Source: Candidatus Aenigmatarchaeota archaeon
Lineage (GTDB): Archaea; Aenigmatarchaeota; Aenigmatarchaeia; QMZP01
Reading direction: 5' to 3'
DNA: 64,000 nucleotides
NCBI GenBank assembly: GCA_043824495.1
Contig: JBDRSV010000010.1
Location: 1-64,000, forward strand
Shown here: positions 49,174 through 58,883 of the stretch, piece by piece
Position numbering within the stretch: the first letter of the stretch is position 1
Layout: each line of letters starts with the position of its first letter
Made by a program: the position numbers and the translations under genes
The notes under the pieces: model-generated
Seen by the model: only the letters and a program-made list of their open reading frames with translations
Told to the model about the DNA's origin: nothing
Databases searched by the model: none

Positions 49174-51135
49174 ATGAGTTTTAAAGATCAGAGTCAGGCT
49201 TCAACAATAGTTATCTTCATAATTCTGATAATTGTGGCTACATTCTTCACTTTATTTCAAGCTTCATCCCCTTCTGGATATTTTAGGTCAGTTTTAGAAC
49301 CTATTGATAGCGGTACAGTAAATAAGCAAATTCAGTCCATTGAATCATGGGATATGAGAATGGTAGACGGTTTCCCAAAAACCCTATCGGGTGGAGAGAT
49401 TGTATACTCTGGAATCCCAGAACAAAAAGCTGAAGTTTTTGTTACTGAACATTCTTCTCTTTTTGGAATTGGGTATGTAGAAAATGTTTTAGAACAAAAT
49501 ATTCCGGGAGGAAATAAGATCACTTTTAGACAGATGGAAAACAACCTCCCTGTTATAGATTCTTATATTGGTGTTATTGTCTCGGGTGAGGGCGTGGTAT
49601 ATGCTGTCTCGTCCACAAAAGAAATTCCGAGAGTAAGCCCCTTTCCTAGCATAACTCCTGAGCAATCTTTAGAATTTGCCCTTGCAGATATTGGAGCAAG
49701 CGAAGTTTTAGGAAAAAAAGTAACACTCTCTATATTCCCATCAGATCCACCTAGACTATCTTATGAAATATTCTTATCAGTTGACAACGGGTACATAGAA
49801 CCCTGGAGATTTGTTGTAGATGCACATGACGGTTCCATATTATTAAAGAGTAAATTGGTGCTAGAAGTTGATGGTCAAGTGTTTGATCCAAATCCGATCG
49901 TAAAATTAAATGATGATGATTTAAGGGACACTGATCCTGATGAAGATTTTGAGAATGCTTATTTTGTGAGAGAACTAAAAAATTTAGATCCACCAGTTGG
50001 GGGGTTGTACAGTCTGACAGGAAAATATGTGAATATGACGAATATGATGATTCCAACCAATTATCCACCAACGTCTCCAGACAATTTCATATTTCCTAGA
50101 AGTGATAAAGGTTTTGAAGAAGTGATGGGTTACTATCACATTAATAGAAATCAAGAGTATATACAGAGCCTGGGTTTTGAGATATTAAATATGCCAATAA
50201 GAGTAGATGCTCATGGCCTTTTTAATATGGATAGTTCTTCTTACTTCGGAGAACCTTTTGGGGCAGGATACATTGCCCTAGGAGATGGAGGAGTGGACGA
50301 TGCAGAGGACGCTGATATAATTATTCATGAATATGGGCATGCTATACAAGACAATCAGACAGTTGGTATTTATTTTGGTCGTAATAATAATGGATATGGT
50401 GATGAAACAGGAGCAATGTCCGAGGGGTTTGGTGATTACTGGGCCTTTAGTGTTGGTTATGAAAAATCTCAAGGAACAACATTTGAGACATATATAGGAG
50501 AGTGGGATGCCAAGGGATACACTGATCCGGACACAGATGAACTAACACCCGGAGATTATTTGAGAAGAGTAAATGAAAATAAATACTATCCAAGTAGTAT
50601 GGTTGGTAAAAAACATAATGATAGTGAAATATGGTCTAGATCATTATATGATATATTCACTCAGATAGGAAAAGAAAAAACTGACAGAATTGTTTTATAT
50701 TCACATTATCTTGTTCCAACAAATCCTGATTTTGAGGACGGCGCATTTGCAATAGTTGATGCAAATGAGATATTATATCCTGCATTTGAGCTTGATGGAA
50801 GTGTAATAGGACTGCATCATAATGAAATATGTATTTCTTTTGTTGCAAGAGGAATTCTAACCTCCACCGAGTGTCCTAATATTGATGATATTTCATTATG
50901 CTATGCTGATGAAGTAGGATGTACTGATACTAGTGGATTGCCTTATGATCATTTTTGTAGTGGTCATTCAAGTAAGATATGGGCATGTTCTGCAGAAGAA
51001 ACATGTGTTGTGACAGATGGAGAGTTCTGTGAGCATGGATGTATAGATGGAGTATGTCAAGAAACATCTACTGAAGGAGAGATAGAACAAGACTGTGTAT
51101 ATGATAAGAGACTAGGTATTTGGATCTGCCATTAA
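49174..51135 (+). CDS. Secreted M4/M36-type zinc metalloprotease with FTP/PepSY propeptide and Cys-rich tail
   Basis: HEYGH...GAMSEGFGDY, H.DSEIW and VDAHDG motifs. Confidence 0.9.
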   Translation: MSFKDQSQASTIVIFIILIIVATFFTLFQASSPSGYFRSVLEPIDSGTVNKQIQSIESWDMRMVDGFPKTLSGGEIVYSGIPEQKAEVFVTEHSSLFGIGYVENVLEQNIPGGNKITFRQMENNLPVIDSYIGVIVSGEGVVYAVSSTKEIPRVSPFPSITPEQSLEFALADIGASEVLGKKVTLSIFPSDPPRLSYEIFLSVDNGYIEPWRFVVDAHDGSILLKSKLVLEVDGQVFDPNPIVKLNDDDLRDTDPDEDFENAYFVRELKNLDPPVGGLYSLTGKYVNMTNMMIPTNYPPTSPDNFIFPRSDKGFEEVMGYYHINRNQEYIQSLGFEILNMPIRVDAHGLFNMDSSSYFGEPFGAGYIALGDGGVDDAEDADIIIHEYGHAIQDNQTVGIYFGRNNNGYGDETGAMSEGFGDYWAFSVGYEKSQGTTFETYIGEWDAKGYTDPDTDELTPGDYLRRVNENKYYPSSMVGKKHNDSEIWSRSLYDIFTQIGKEKTDRIVLYSHYLVPTNPDFEDGAFAIVDANEILYPAFELDGSVIGLHHNEICISFVARGILTSTECPNIDDISLCYADEVGCTDTSGLPYDHFCSGHSSKIWACSAEETCVVTDGEFCEHGCIDGVCQETSTEGEIEQDCVYDKRLGIWICH

Positions 51136-51411
51136 TTATCTTCCTCTGATTTCAAAATTAGTGAATTCTCCTCTGTATGGGCTCTCTTTTGTTTCAACAG
51201 CTTTTACTAATGCTCCATTAGGACCAATTCTACAAAAATCGAGAAGTTCTGTTATTACGTCATCGTCGCCTTCAAAAACAACCTCTACACCTTCTGGTAT
51301 GTTCTTAACCCAGCCACGTACGCCCATAAGATTAGCTTTGCTCAGGATGCCCATTCTGAAGAAAACACCCTTTACATCACCTTTTATTAGAGCTTGAACT
51401 CGAGTTTTCAT
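51136..51411 (-). CDS. acyP: Acylphosphatase
   Basis: G.VKGVFFR, GWVKN and GP.GA.V motifs. Confidence 0.9.
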   Translation of the reverse strand: MKTRVQALIKGDVKGVFFRMGILSKANLMGVRGWVKNIPEGVEVVFEGDDDVITELLDFCRIGPNGALVKAVETKESPYRGEFTNFEIRGR

Positions 51412-51459
51412 ACCTTTATCTTTATAATAGTAAATTTTAAATTATTGTTATGAGTTTTC

Positions 51460-53610
51460 ATGGATCCTGTCAATAAAGTTCTAGAACTTTCTGGTTATGA
51501 AAAATTGAATCCCGCACAAGAACTAGCTGTTAAAATGGGTTTAGTTGGAGATAAAAATTTAGTAGTGGCGGCTCCAACAGCTTCTGGTAAAACTCTGATG
51601 GCTGAAATAGCTGCTTTAGATACAATACAAAAAGGTGGAAAGGTTATTTACATTGTTCCTTTGAAAGCTCTGGCAAGTGAAAAATATGAAGATTTCAAAA
51701 AGAAATATGAACCTCTAGGAACAATGGTTGGAATGAGTATAGGAGATTCAGATTCTTCAGATACTTGGTTAGCTAAATATGATCTAATAATTGTTACAAG
51801 TGAGAAACTAGATTCTTTACTAAGACATGGAATTTCTTGGTTAGATCAGGTAAAGCTAGTTGTAGTAGATGAAGTTCATCTACTAAATGATCCATCAAGA
51901 GGTCCAACACTAGAAATGGTTTTGACAAGATTGAGAAAATTTATAAACCCGCGTATATTGGCCCTGTCTGCAACAATAAATAATTACAAAGAGTTAGCAG
52001 ATTGGTTAGATGCTGAAACAGTCAAGTCAGATTATAGACCTGTCCAGTTGTATAGAGGTATCTCTTTTGAGAAGAAAATTACTTTTATTCCTCAAAGAGT
52101 TGTTGAGATCACAGCTAAAAATGATTTAGAATTCATAGTTGAAGATACTCTAAAAAAGAAGAAACAAGTTCTGTTCTTCGTTTCAACTAGAAGAAGTACA
52201 GAAGCTCTAGCAGAAAACTTAGGAAAATTTTTACAACCTAAAATTAAACCAGATGAATTAGAAAAACTATCGGAAATTGCAAATAAAGTTTTGAAAGCAG
52301 TGGAGAGTCACACAAAACAATGTGATCGTCTTGCAAGATGTATAGTAACGGGAACAGCTTTTCATCATGCAGGTTTAGTTAGTAAACAAAGAAAATTAAT
52401 TGAAGAAGCATTCAAAACAGGTCTGATAAAAGTTCTAACAGCTACACCAACTTTAGCAGCTGGAATAAACTTACCAGCTTATAGAGTTGTAATTCGCGAT
52501 CTCAAAAGATTTAATTCAATTAGGGGAACTGATTACTTACCAAACTTAGAAGTTGAACAAATGGGTGGACGTGCAGGAAGACCAGCTTATGATACAGAAG
52601 GAGAAGCCATTATTATAGCAAAAAATATGGCAGATGCTCAATATGCTTGGGAGAATTACATAAATGGGGAACCAGAGAAAATCTACTCAAAACTTGGAGT
52701 AGAACCAGTACTCCGCACACATGTTTTAGCTTTGATAGCTTCTGGTACAACTCCATCTAAACCAGCATTATTCGATTTCTTTTCCAAAACTTTCTATGCT
52801 CATCAGTATCAAGATTTGACACAACTAAACTTCAACTTAGAAAAAGTTCTAACTATGTTAGAGAAGTTCAAGTTCATAGAAATGACAAATTCTGTATCAG
52901 ATACGATGCCTAACAGTGAGTTCAAACCAGCTAGTCTAATAGACGATGACATAAAACTTAATGCAACAAAAATTGGAAGAAGAGTTTCTGAATTATATAT
53001 AGATCCAATAACTGCAAATAATATAACATCTTCTTTGACTAAGATGACTCCTACTCACATAGCTATCCTACAAACCATATGCGATTGTCTAGAAATGAAA
53101 CCTTTACTAAATATGAGAAAAGGTGATGCAGAAGAAATAAACGAATTCTTGATAGAGCATCAGGATGATTTTGTAAAGAAACCACCAAATGAATGGGAAA
53201 TAGAATATGATGAATATTTCAGATTAGCTAAAACTGTTTCCATGTTTAAATCCTGGACAGAAGAAGATGGAGAAAATAAACTTCTAGATAAATTCAACAT
53301 AGCTCCTGGAGAGCTGCGTGTTAGACTAGAAAACGCAGACTGGCTTCTTTATTCAACACAAGAACTAGCTCTACTCATGGGTTTAATGGACACGATTAAA
53401 TATATAAGAAAAACAAGATTGAGAGTAAAACACGGCATAAGAGAAGAACTTTTGCCACTCATAAAAATCAAAGGTATAGGACGAAAAAGAGCAAGAAAAT
53501 TATACGGCTCTCAAATCAAATCAGTTTTAGATCTTAGAAAAGTCCCGCTAGAAACTCTATCGCGCCTAGTCGGTCCAAAAACAGCGAGTGAAATAAAGAG
53601 ACAAGTTTAA
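51460..53610 (+). CDS. hel308: Ski2-like helicase Hel308/Hjm
   Basis: APTASGKT, DEVH, LSATI, HHAGL, QMGGRAGRP motifs and a C-terminal HhH. Confidence 0.93.
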   Translation: MDPVNKVLELSGYEKLNPAQELAVKMGLVGDKNLVVAAPTASGKTLMAEIAALDTIQKGGKVIYIVPLKALASEKYEDFKKKYEPLGTMVGMSIGDSDSSDTWLAKYDLIIVTSEKLDSLLRHGISWLDQVKLVVVDEVHLLNDPSRGPTLEMVLTRLRKFINPRILALSATINNYKELADWLDAETVKSDYRPVQLYRGISFEKKITFIPQRVVEITAKNDLEFIVEDTLKKKKQVLFFVSTRRSTEALAENLGKFLQPKIKPDELEKLSEIANKVLKAVESHTKQCDRLARCIVTGTAFHHAGLVSKQRKLIEEAFKTGLIKVLTATPTLAAGINLPAYRVVIRDLKRFNSIRGTDYLPNLEVEQMGGRAGRPAYDTEGEAIIIAKNMADAQYAWENYINGEPEKIYSKLGVEPVLRTHVLALIASGTTPSKPALFDFFSKTFYAHQYQDLTQLNFNLEKVLTMLEKFKFIEMTNSVSDTMPNSEFKPASLIDDDIKLNATKIGRRVSELYIDPITANNITSSLTKMTPTHIAILQTICDCLEMKPLLNMRKGDAEEINEFLIEHQDDFVKKPPNEWEIEYDEYFRLAKTVSMFKSWTEEDGENKLLDKFNIAPGELRVRLENADWLLYSTQELALLMGLMDTIKYIRKTRLRVKHGIREELLPLIKIKGIGRKRARKLYGSQIKSVLDLRKVPLETLSRLVGPKTASEIKRQV

Positions 53611-54293
53611 TTTATTTTCCTGTGTTTTTCGCTCCACTGCGTATATTTTTTCCAGAACCCTGCAGCTTGTCCTGTTACACTGACTTTTCCTATTTTTCCA
53701 TATTTTGCATAAGATGTTATTAAGCCACGAAGTCTTGTCTGAGTCGCTTCAAATTGTGCGTTAGCTCCCCTTCTAGCTTCAGTCCCTTTGGGATTTCCTT
53801 TTATTTCATTATAATCATGTTCAAGTTGCATAAAAGCATCTTCTATTTCTTTTCGCATATCTTTCTGATCGTGTGTAAATACTTCAGTTAATTGGCCCTT
53901 TGCAAATTGACCAATTGCCCCTCCACCTACGCCAGGCATACCACCAGAGGATCTACCTCCTCCCATAAATTTTTTGAAGAAGACGTATGTACCGAATATT
54001 ATGATTACTGCTATATACCAGAATTGGCTTATCGTTAGTATAATTGAATACCAATTTGAAAGAACAATGAACATGTAGAAAGCTATTGCTAAAATGAGTC
54101 TGATTCCTTTGTTTGTGAAGCTTCCTATGGCATCGCTCAGTATGAATATGAAAAGTATAATGAAAACTGTGGGAAAGAAGAAGAAAAAGAATAACTGATA
54201 CAACTCATTTGGTTGTTGTTGTATAAACTGAGTACACGTAGAAACTGTGTTCCCTTGGCATAATAGGTTAACAAGTACATCAATTATAGCCAT
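53607..54293 (-). CDS. Hypothetical membrane protein
   Basis: 3 TM, Gly-rich linker, helical tail. Confidence 0.65.
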   Translation of the reverse strand: MAIIDVLVNLLCQGNTVSTCTQFIQQQPNELYQLFFFFFFPTVFIILFIFILSDAIGSFTNKGIRLILAIAFYMFIVLSNWYSIILTISQFWYIAVIIIFGTYVFFKKFMGGGRSSGGMPGVGGGAIGQFAKGQLTEVFTHDQKDMRKEIEDAFMQLEHDYNEIKGNPKGTEARRGANAQFEATQTRLRGLITSYAKYGKIGKVSVTGQAAGFWKKYTQWSEKHRKIN

Positions 54294-54336
54294 ATAATAG
54301 TTTTGGTTAAGAACGCTTATATTTGGATTATGAAAC

Positions 54337-55254
54337 TCAAGCTGCTTGGCTTGCAGGAGTAATATCTATTGTTTCTGCTTCTTGAGTTCTATATCCTCTC
54401 AGTTCTGTTAAGTCGAATGTAAGTGGTGTTGATGTTCTAGGGTTAAACAAGCTCCTTCTAATACCCGCAATCATTTTATATTCTTCCTTTGTCAAATATT
54501 GCCTGAATGCAGGAGGCGACTTAGCTATTAATTGTTCTTGTATTGTATCGAAAGGTGCGTCTATAATATCGTATATCTTGTCACCGATAGCCCAGTACCA
54601 GAAAGAGTTCCATTTATCTGGTAAACTATATTCTCTTACAGTAAAGTCACCACCTTCAGCAGAAACTTTTCTCTCTTTCATTTCTCCGTATTGTTGCATT
54701 CTCCACATATCATCTTTTATAAACCATCCTCTAAATCTAAGAGGCTCAGGGAAAAGTTTTTCATTTTCAATATCACCTCTTGTAAATTTAGGAGCAGCAA
54801 CAGCACCAAATTCTGAATCATAGAAATTCTCTACTTTAGCTCTTTGATCATAAGGAGATACATCAGTATCTCTTACAACCTTAATGTTATCTGCAAGCAT
54901 GCTATCAGTTGGTCTTGGATCATTTGAATCTCTGAGATAAATAGGAAGTTCATGACCTTTATGAACCACAGTATACATGGTCTCTAAATTTGTCGGATTG
55001 TTAAAAAATCCTCTATAAGCACTGAGTTTAGGGAAGGTTTTGTTAAATCCTGTAAGTGCTCTCTGAAAATATTGTTCTTCAATCCAGTCTAGACCAGCAT
55101 GAAGAGCCTTATCAAATTTGCTTATTCTTTCTTCTGGAGGCTTGGAAAAACCTTTCGCTGCTATATGAATAGCATAATGGAACGGAACTTGCCAACCGCC
55201 ATCATCAAATAATTCTTTTGTATCAACCAAAGGATATTTTTTTAGTTCTATCAT
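54337..55254 (-). CDS. Hypothetical protein
   Basis: GGAGGT SD before MIELKK at 55254. Confidence 0.65.
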   Translation of the reverse strand: MIELKKYPLVDTKELFDDGGWQVPFHYAIHIAAKGFSKPPEERISKFDKALHAGLDWIEEQYFQRALTGFNKTFPKLSAYRGFFNNPTNLETMYTVVHKGHELPIYLRDSNDPRPTDSMLADNIKVVRDTDVSPYDQRAKVENFYDSEFGAVAAPKFTRGDIENEKLFPEPLRFRGWFIKDDMWRMQQYGEMKERKVSAEGGDFTVREYSLPDKWNSFWYWAIGDKIYDIIDAPFDTIQEQLIAKSPPAFRQYLTKEEYKMIAGIRRSLFNPRTSTPLTFDLTELRGYRTQEAETIDITPASQAA

Positions 55255-55255
55255 T

Positions 55256-55813
55256 TTAATCAACCTCCGCAAAAGCATAAGCATGATCAGGTATATCATC
55301 TTCGAGTATTGATTTTGCATAATTTTTGATGTCATTCCATAGTGTACCATATTTCTTTGCTGCGTCTCTTACGTTGTCCTTTATTTTGAAATATCCATCA
55401 ACTGCTTTACTGAAACCACCACCGTTTCCATATCTCATGTCATGTAAAGCTAGTCCTGTGAGATAACTCATTAAGCTATCACCTTCTATTCCTCTATCTG
55501 CATTATACTTCAATTCTTTCATATATGCCGCTTCTAAAGGAATTTCTGCTTTGTCTGTTTCTGGTCTTCCATACCATTCAACTTGAAGCTCATGACCAAG
55601 TAAATATGATTGTATACCTTTAGCTACACTTGCTAGGAATGTATCTCCGCTGTTTTTAGCAGTTTGATAAGCTCCTGAAAAATCTGGTATCTTAATTACA
55701 CCATCGTTGAATCTAGCTTCAGCTAGTCTGTCTTTGTTTATCCTGTTCCCCGAAACCATTTGAATTTCAGGCTCTTCGTATAGTTCATTTTGTCTGCTCA
55801 TATCACTCGCCAT
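55256..55813 (-). CDS. Hypothetical protein
   Basis: 185-aa ORF coupled to the next gene. Confidence 0.65.
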   Translation of the reverse strand: MASDMSRQNELYEEPEIQMVSGNRINKDRLAEARFNDGVIKIPDFSGAYQTAKNSGDTFLASVAKGIQSYLLGHELQVEWYGRPETDKAEIPLEAAYMKELKYNADRGIEGDSLMSYLTGLALHDMRYGNGGGFSKAVDGYFKIKDNVRDAAKKYGTLWNDIKNYAKSILEDDIPDHAYAFAEVD

Positions 55814-55953
55814 AATTTCCGCTTAACTTGTAGTTTTTAATAGTCTAAGTGCTGCAATTAGTTGTCACTGATAAATAGTTACAATAAGGGTATTTAAAGC
55901 TTTCTGATGGTCTATATATAGCGCTTTTGGACCAAAAATAGCTCATTTTTGGC

Positions 55954-56475
55954 TTATTTTTGCCTTTTTTTCACATGTTTCCAAATAAAGAAGGTAATTA
56001 AGAATCCTAGAGCAGAACCAGCAACAACGTCGCTTATTGTGTGAACTCCTAATATAACTCTAGACGCAGCTACTAGCGCTGGTATTATGAATAGAGGAAT
56101 TAGCTTCTTTCTCCTAGAAGCTAGTATTACAGAAGTGAATATGACAAAAGCTATTGTAGAATGTCCTGAAGGGAACGAGTAATCCTCAGTACAGAAAGGA
56201 TTACATGCGCTTATAGTTTCTGTTAAACATGGAGTGCATGGTCTTGGAATCTCAGTTATGGCCTTAATACCACCCACAGCAATATACGCGATGAGGAGAC
56301 TTGCTACTAAAACTATTACAAATTTCTTGAAATTCTTCTTTCTTTTCTGTAGTTTCTGGTTCTTGAATACAGTGTCCAGAGAGATCAAAAAGAAGAATAT
56401 GAATACCCCTATCAATACGGTCCATATATAGGGATCTCCTATCAATGTAATAATATACCATGGATTACCAATCAT
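55954..56475 (-). CDS. PAP2-family membrane phosphatase
   Basis: K....PRP, SFPSGHS and SRVILGVH..SDV motifs. Start uncertain. Confidence 0.9.
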   Translation of the reverse strand: MIGNPWYIITLIGDPYIWTVLIGVFIFFFLISLDTVFKNQKLQKRKKNFKKFVIVLVASLLIAYIAVGGIKAITEIPRPCTPCLTETISACNPFCTEDYSFPSGHSTIAFVIFTSVILASRRKKLIPLFIIPALVAASRVILGVHTISDVVAGSALGFLITFFIWKHVKKRQK

Positions 56476-56532
56476 AATTATACTTCCTTTGGGAACAATA
56501 AAAATTAAGCATTTGCTTACCAATAGAATGTT

Positions 56533-57567
56533 ATGTATGAAGATAAGCCAATAATCAAGAATTCAGAAGTCTTTACAGACGAATTTCTCCCAAACACAAT
56601 TAACCATAGAGATGGGCAAATGAAAGCAGTGAGAGATGATCTAAATCCACTTCTAAATAATAAACCAGGAAGAAGCGTGTTCATTTTCGGTGCTCCAGGG
56701 ACAGGAAAGACTTCAACATCTAAATACATAATAAATGAGCTAGCTTCACAGTCTGTTTTTACAAGTTACATAAATTGTTGGAATACGAGTTCAAGATTCA
56801 AAATATTATACACAATTCTTCAGAATTTTGGAGAATCTCTGTCTATACACACAAAAGGAACTCCAACGCATGATCTTTTAGAATTACTTAAGAAAAAAGT
56901 CCAAGAAAAACAAGCAGTGATAATCTTAGATGAAGTGGATCAATTAGAAGATGATAAAATTTTGTATGATTTAATTATGATAGCAAATGTTAGTGTAATT
57001 CTAATAGCTAATTCAGAAACAGCATTACATGACAATGATCCTAGAATAAGAAGTAGATTAGCGTCTGCAGATACAATAGAATTTCCTAAATACAAGTCAG
57101 ATGAAATAACAGAGATACTCAAAGAAAGAGCAGAACTAGGTCTAGTTCCTGGTGTTGTGAAAAATGCACAACTAGAGAAAATAGCAGAGAGATCTTTAGG
57201 TGATTCTAGAATTGCAATTAATATTCTTAAAATAGCTTCGGAAGAAGCTGAGAAAAAAGATGAAGGAAAAATAACCGATGATGACGTAGAGAAAGCTTCT
57301 CCAAAAGCGATAGAACAAGGAAAGAAAAAGAGTATAGAAACATTGAATGATCACCAGAAATTGATATACTCTGTAATTAGTATGGGTGTCAAAACAGAAC
57401 CTTCTGAACTATACACAAAATATCAAGAAGAGTGTAAAAGAAAAGATATAGAACCTGTGAAAGACAGAACAATCAGAAAATATTTAGACAAAATGATACA
57501 ATATAAGTTAATTCTAGCTGAAGGCGAAGCTCGTTGGAGAACTTATTCTATCCAGAAAGCGCAATAA
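56533..57567 (+). CDS. cdc6: Orc1/Cdc6 replication initiator AAA+ ATPase
   Basis: GAPGTGKTS, YINC, LDEVDQL and DPRIRSRL motifs, C-terminal wHTH. Confidence 0.93.
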   Translation: MYEDKPIIKNSEVFTDEFLPNTINHRDGQMKAVRDDLNPLLNNKPGRSVFIFGAPGTGKTSTSKYIINELASQSVFTSYINCWNTSSRFKILYTILQNFGESLSIHTKGTPTHDLLELLKKKVQEKQAVIILDEVDQLEDDKILYDLIMIANVSVILIANSETALHDNDPRIRSRLASADTIEFPKYKSDEITEILKERAELGLVPGVVKNAQLEKIAERSLGDSRIAINILKIASEEAEKKDEGKITDDDVEKASPKAIEQGKKKSIETLNDHQKLIYSVISMGVKTEPSELYTKYQEECKRKDIEPVKDRTIRKYLDKMIQYKLILAEGEARWRTYSIQKAQ

Positions 57568-57570
57568 ACT

Positions 57571-57640
57571 CTTATTGGCACGAGTATCTAAACCACATCA
57601 ATAGAGCTTATTGGCATACTGGCATACTGGCACGGTCCTA
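57571..57640 (+). promoter_or_regulatory. Two copies of the TTATTGGCA-(TACTGGCA)n-CG motif upstream of the dead recombinase
   Basis: CTTATTGGCACG at 57571 (n=0) and 57607-57640 (n=2), then TTTATAT at 57649. Confidence 0.6.
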
Positions 57641-57685
57641 GGATCCAGTTTATATCTGATGAAAATCTACTCTAAAGTGATCCCT

Positions 57686-58423
57686 ATGCGTCTAGTACCC
57701 CAACTCTTAGATAAAATCGAACCCTTCGTTGATGAATTTAGGCAGTGGCCTAAAGGAGACATTCCTTCTTCCAAAGAAGGTAAGTGGCTTCAAGTTCAAA
57801 TGTCTCAATTCACACCACCTTTTGTCATTGAGAAGAATTATGAAAATAGTTTCATATCTTCTTCACATGTGGTAGATACAGAATTACTTGATGCTACCTT
57901 GAAGAGAAAAACAAATCTTCTCTCCAAGCAAGAAATAAGAATACTTATTGGTTCAACAAAAAACTTGAAACATAAAATATTATTACAACTATTGTATGGT
58001 TGTGGTCTTCAGATATTCGAAGCTATTGAGCTAAAGATAGATGACATCAACCTGAAAGAGTGTAGAGTCAACGTAGGAACGAGAACAGTTCCTTTATCAA
58101 CAAAAATGGTTCCACAACTGGAATTCTTGTTTAGATACACACAAAAACCAGATAATAATCACCTGTTTCCCAACTGGAACGGAGGTCACGTAACACCAGA
58201 AGATGCAGAACAGATCGTGAAATATGCATTCGCTGCTGCTGGGTTGAGACCAGTTTCCCCACACGCTCTTAGACACAGCTTTGCTTCACACCTCCTCGAA
58301 TACGGCGTCAGAATAGGAATAATACAAACACTTCTAGGAAATTATGATGCAACAAAAATGAGACACATGAAAATTTCAGAAGAAATGATCAAGAACGTGA
58401 AGAGTCCTCTGGATAAACTTTAA
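57686..58423 (+). CDS. Catalytically inactive tyrosine-recombinase paralogue
   Basis: GLQ replaces GLR, GKGxK loop deleted, LLGN replaces LLGH, no nucleophile Tyr. HALRHS and KSPLD retained. Start could be 57659. Confidence 0.85.
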   Translation: MRLVPQLLDKIEPFVDEFRQWPKGDIPSSKEGKWLQVQMSQFTPPFVIEKNYENSFISSSHVVDTELLDATLKRKTNLLSKQEIRILIGSTKNLKHKILLQLLYGCGLQIFEAIELKIDDINLKECRVNVGTRTVPLSTKMVPQLEFLFRYTQKPDNNHLFPNWNGGHVTPEDAEQIVKYAFAAAGLRPVSPHALRHSFASHLLEYGVRIGIIQTLLGNYDATKMRHMKISEEMIKNVKSPLDKL

Positions 58424-58430
58424 TTTTCAT

Positions 58431-58649
58431 ATGAGTCACAAAATCATAAGATATAGCAAACATACCATTAGAAGAAAATTAGAAAGAAACATTTCAGAAG
58501 AAGAGATAGAAGAAACAATCAGAAACCCTAATTATGTTTTATCTTCATTTGAAGAAAGAAAAATAGCTGTTAAACAAATAGCAGAAAGAACTATTCATGT
58601 AATCTACAATGAGGAAAAAACCCATATAAATATAATAACCGTATATTAA
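58431..58649 (+). CDS. DUF4258-like putative toxin
   Basis: YSKH..R..ER.ISEEEIEETI..P...IITVY pattern. Confidence 0.8.
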   Translation: MSHKIIRYSKHTIRRKLERNISEEEIEETIRNPNYVLSSFEERKIAVKQIAERTIHVIYNEEKTHINIITVY

Positions 58650-58656
58650 ATGTAAT

Positions 58657-58863
58657 ATGAAAATGACATATGACAAAGAGGTGGATGCAGCATACATTTA
58701 CCTAAAAGACACAATAAAAAAAGGCGAAGTAAAAAGCACACAAACCATGAACGAAAACATCATCCTAGACTTCGACAAAGATAAAAAACTCATCGGAATC
58801 GAAATTCTTTCTGCAAGTAAAGTAATACCCAAAAAGTCAGTAAAAGCACTACAAACAGCCTAG
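58657..58863 (+). CDS. DUF2283-like putative antitoxin
   Basis: YDKEVDAAYI...IILDFD....LIGIEIL.AS pattern. Confidence 0.88.
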   Translation: MKMTYDKEVDAAYIYLKDTIKKGEVKSTQTMNENIILDFDKDKKLIGIEILSASKVIPKKSVKALQTA

Positions 58864-58883
58864 TTTCTTTCTCACACGATAAT

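Noticed and set aside
55814-56532. Replication origin next to cdc6
   Set aside because: No ORB-like repeats or G-strings seen. The region upstream of cdc6 is occupied by the PAP2 gene.
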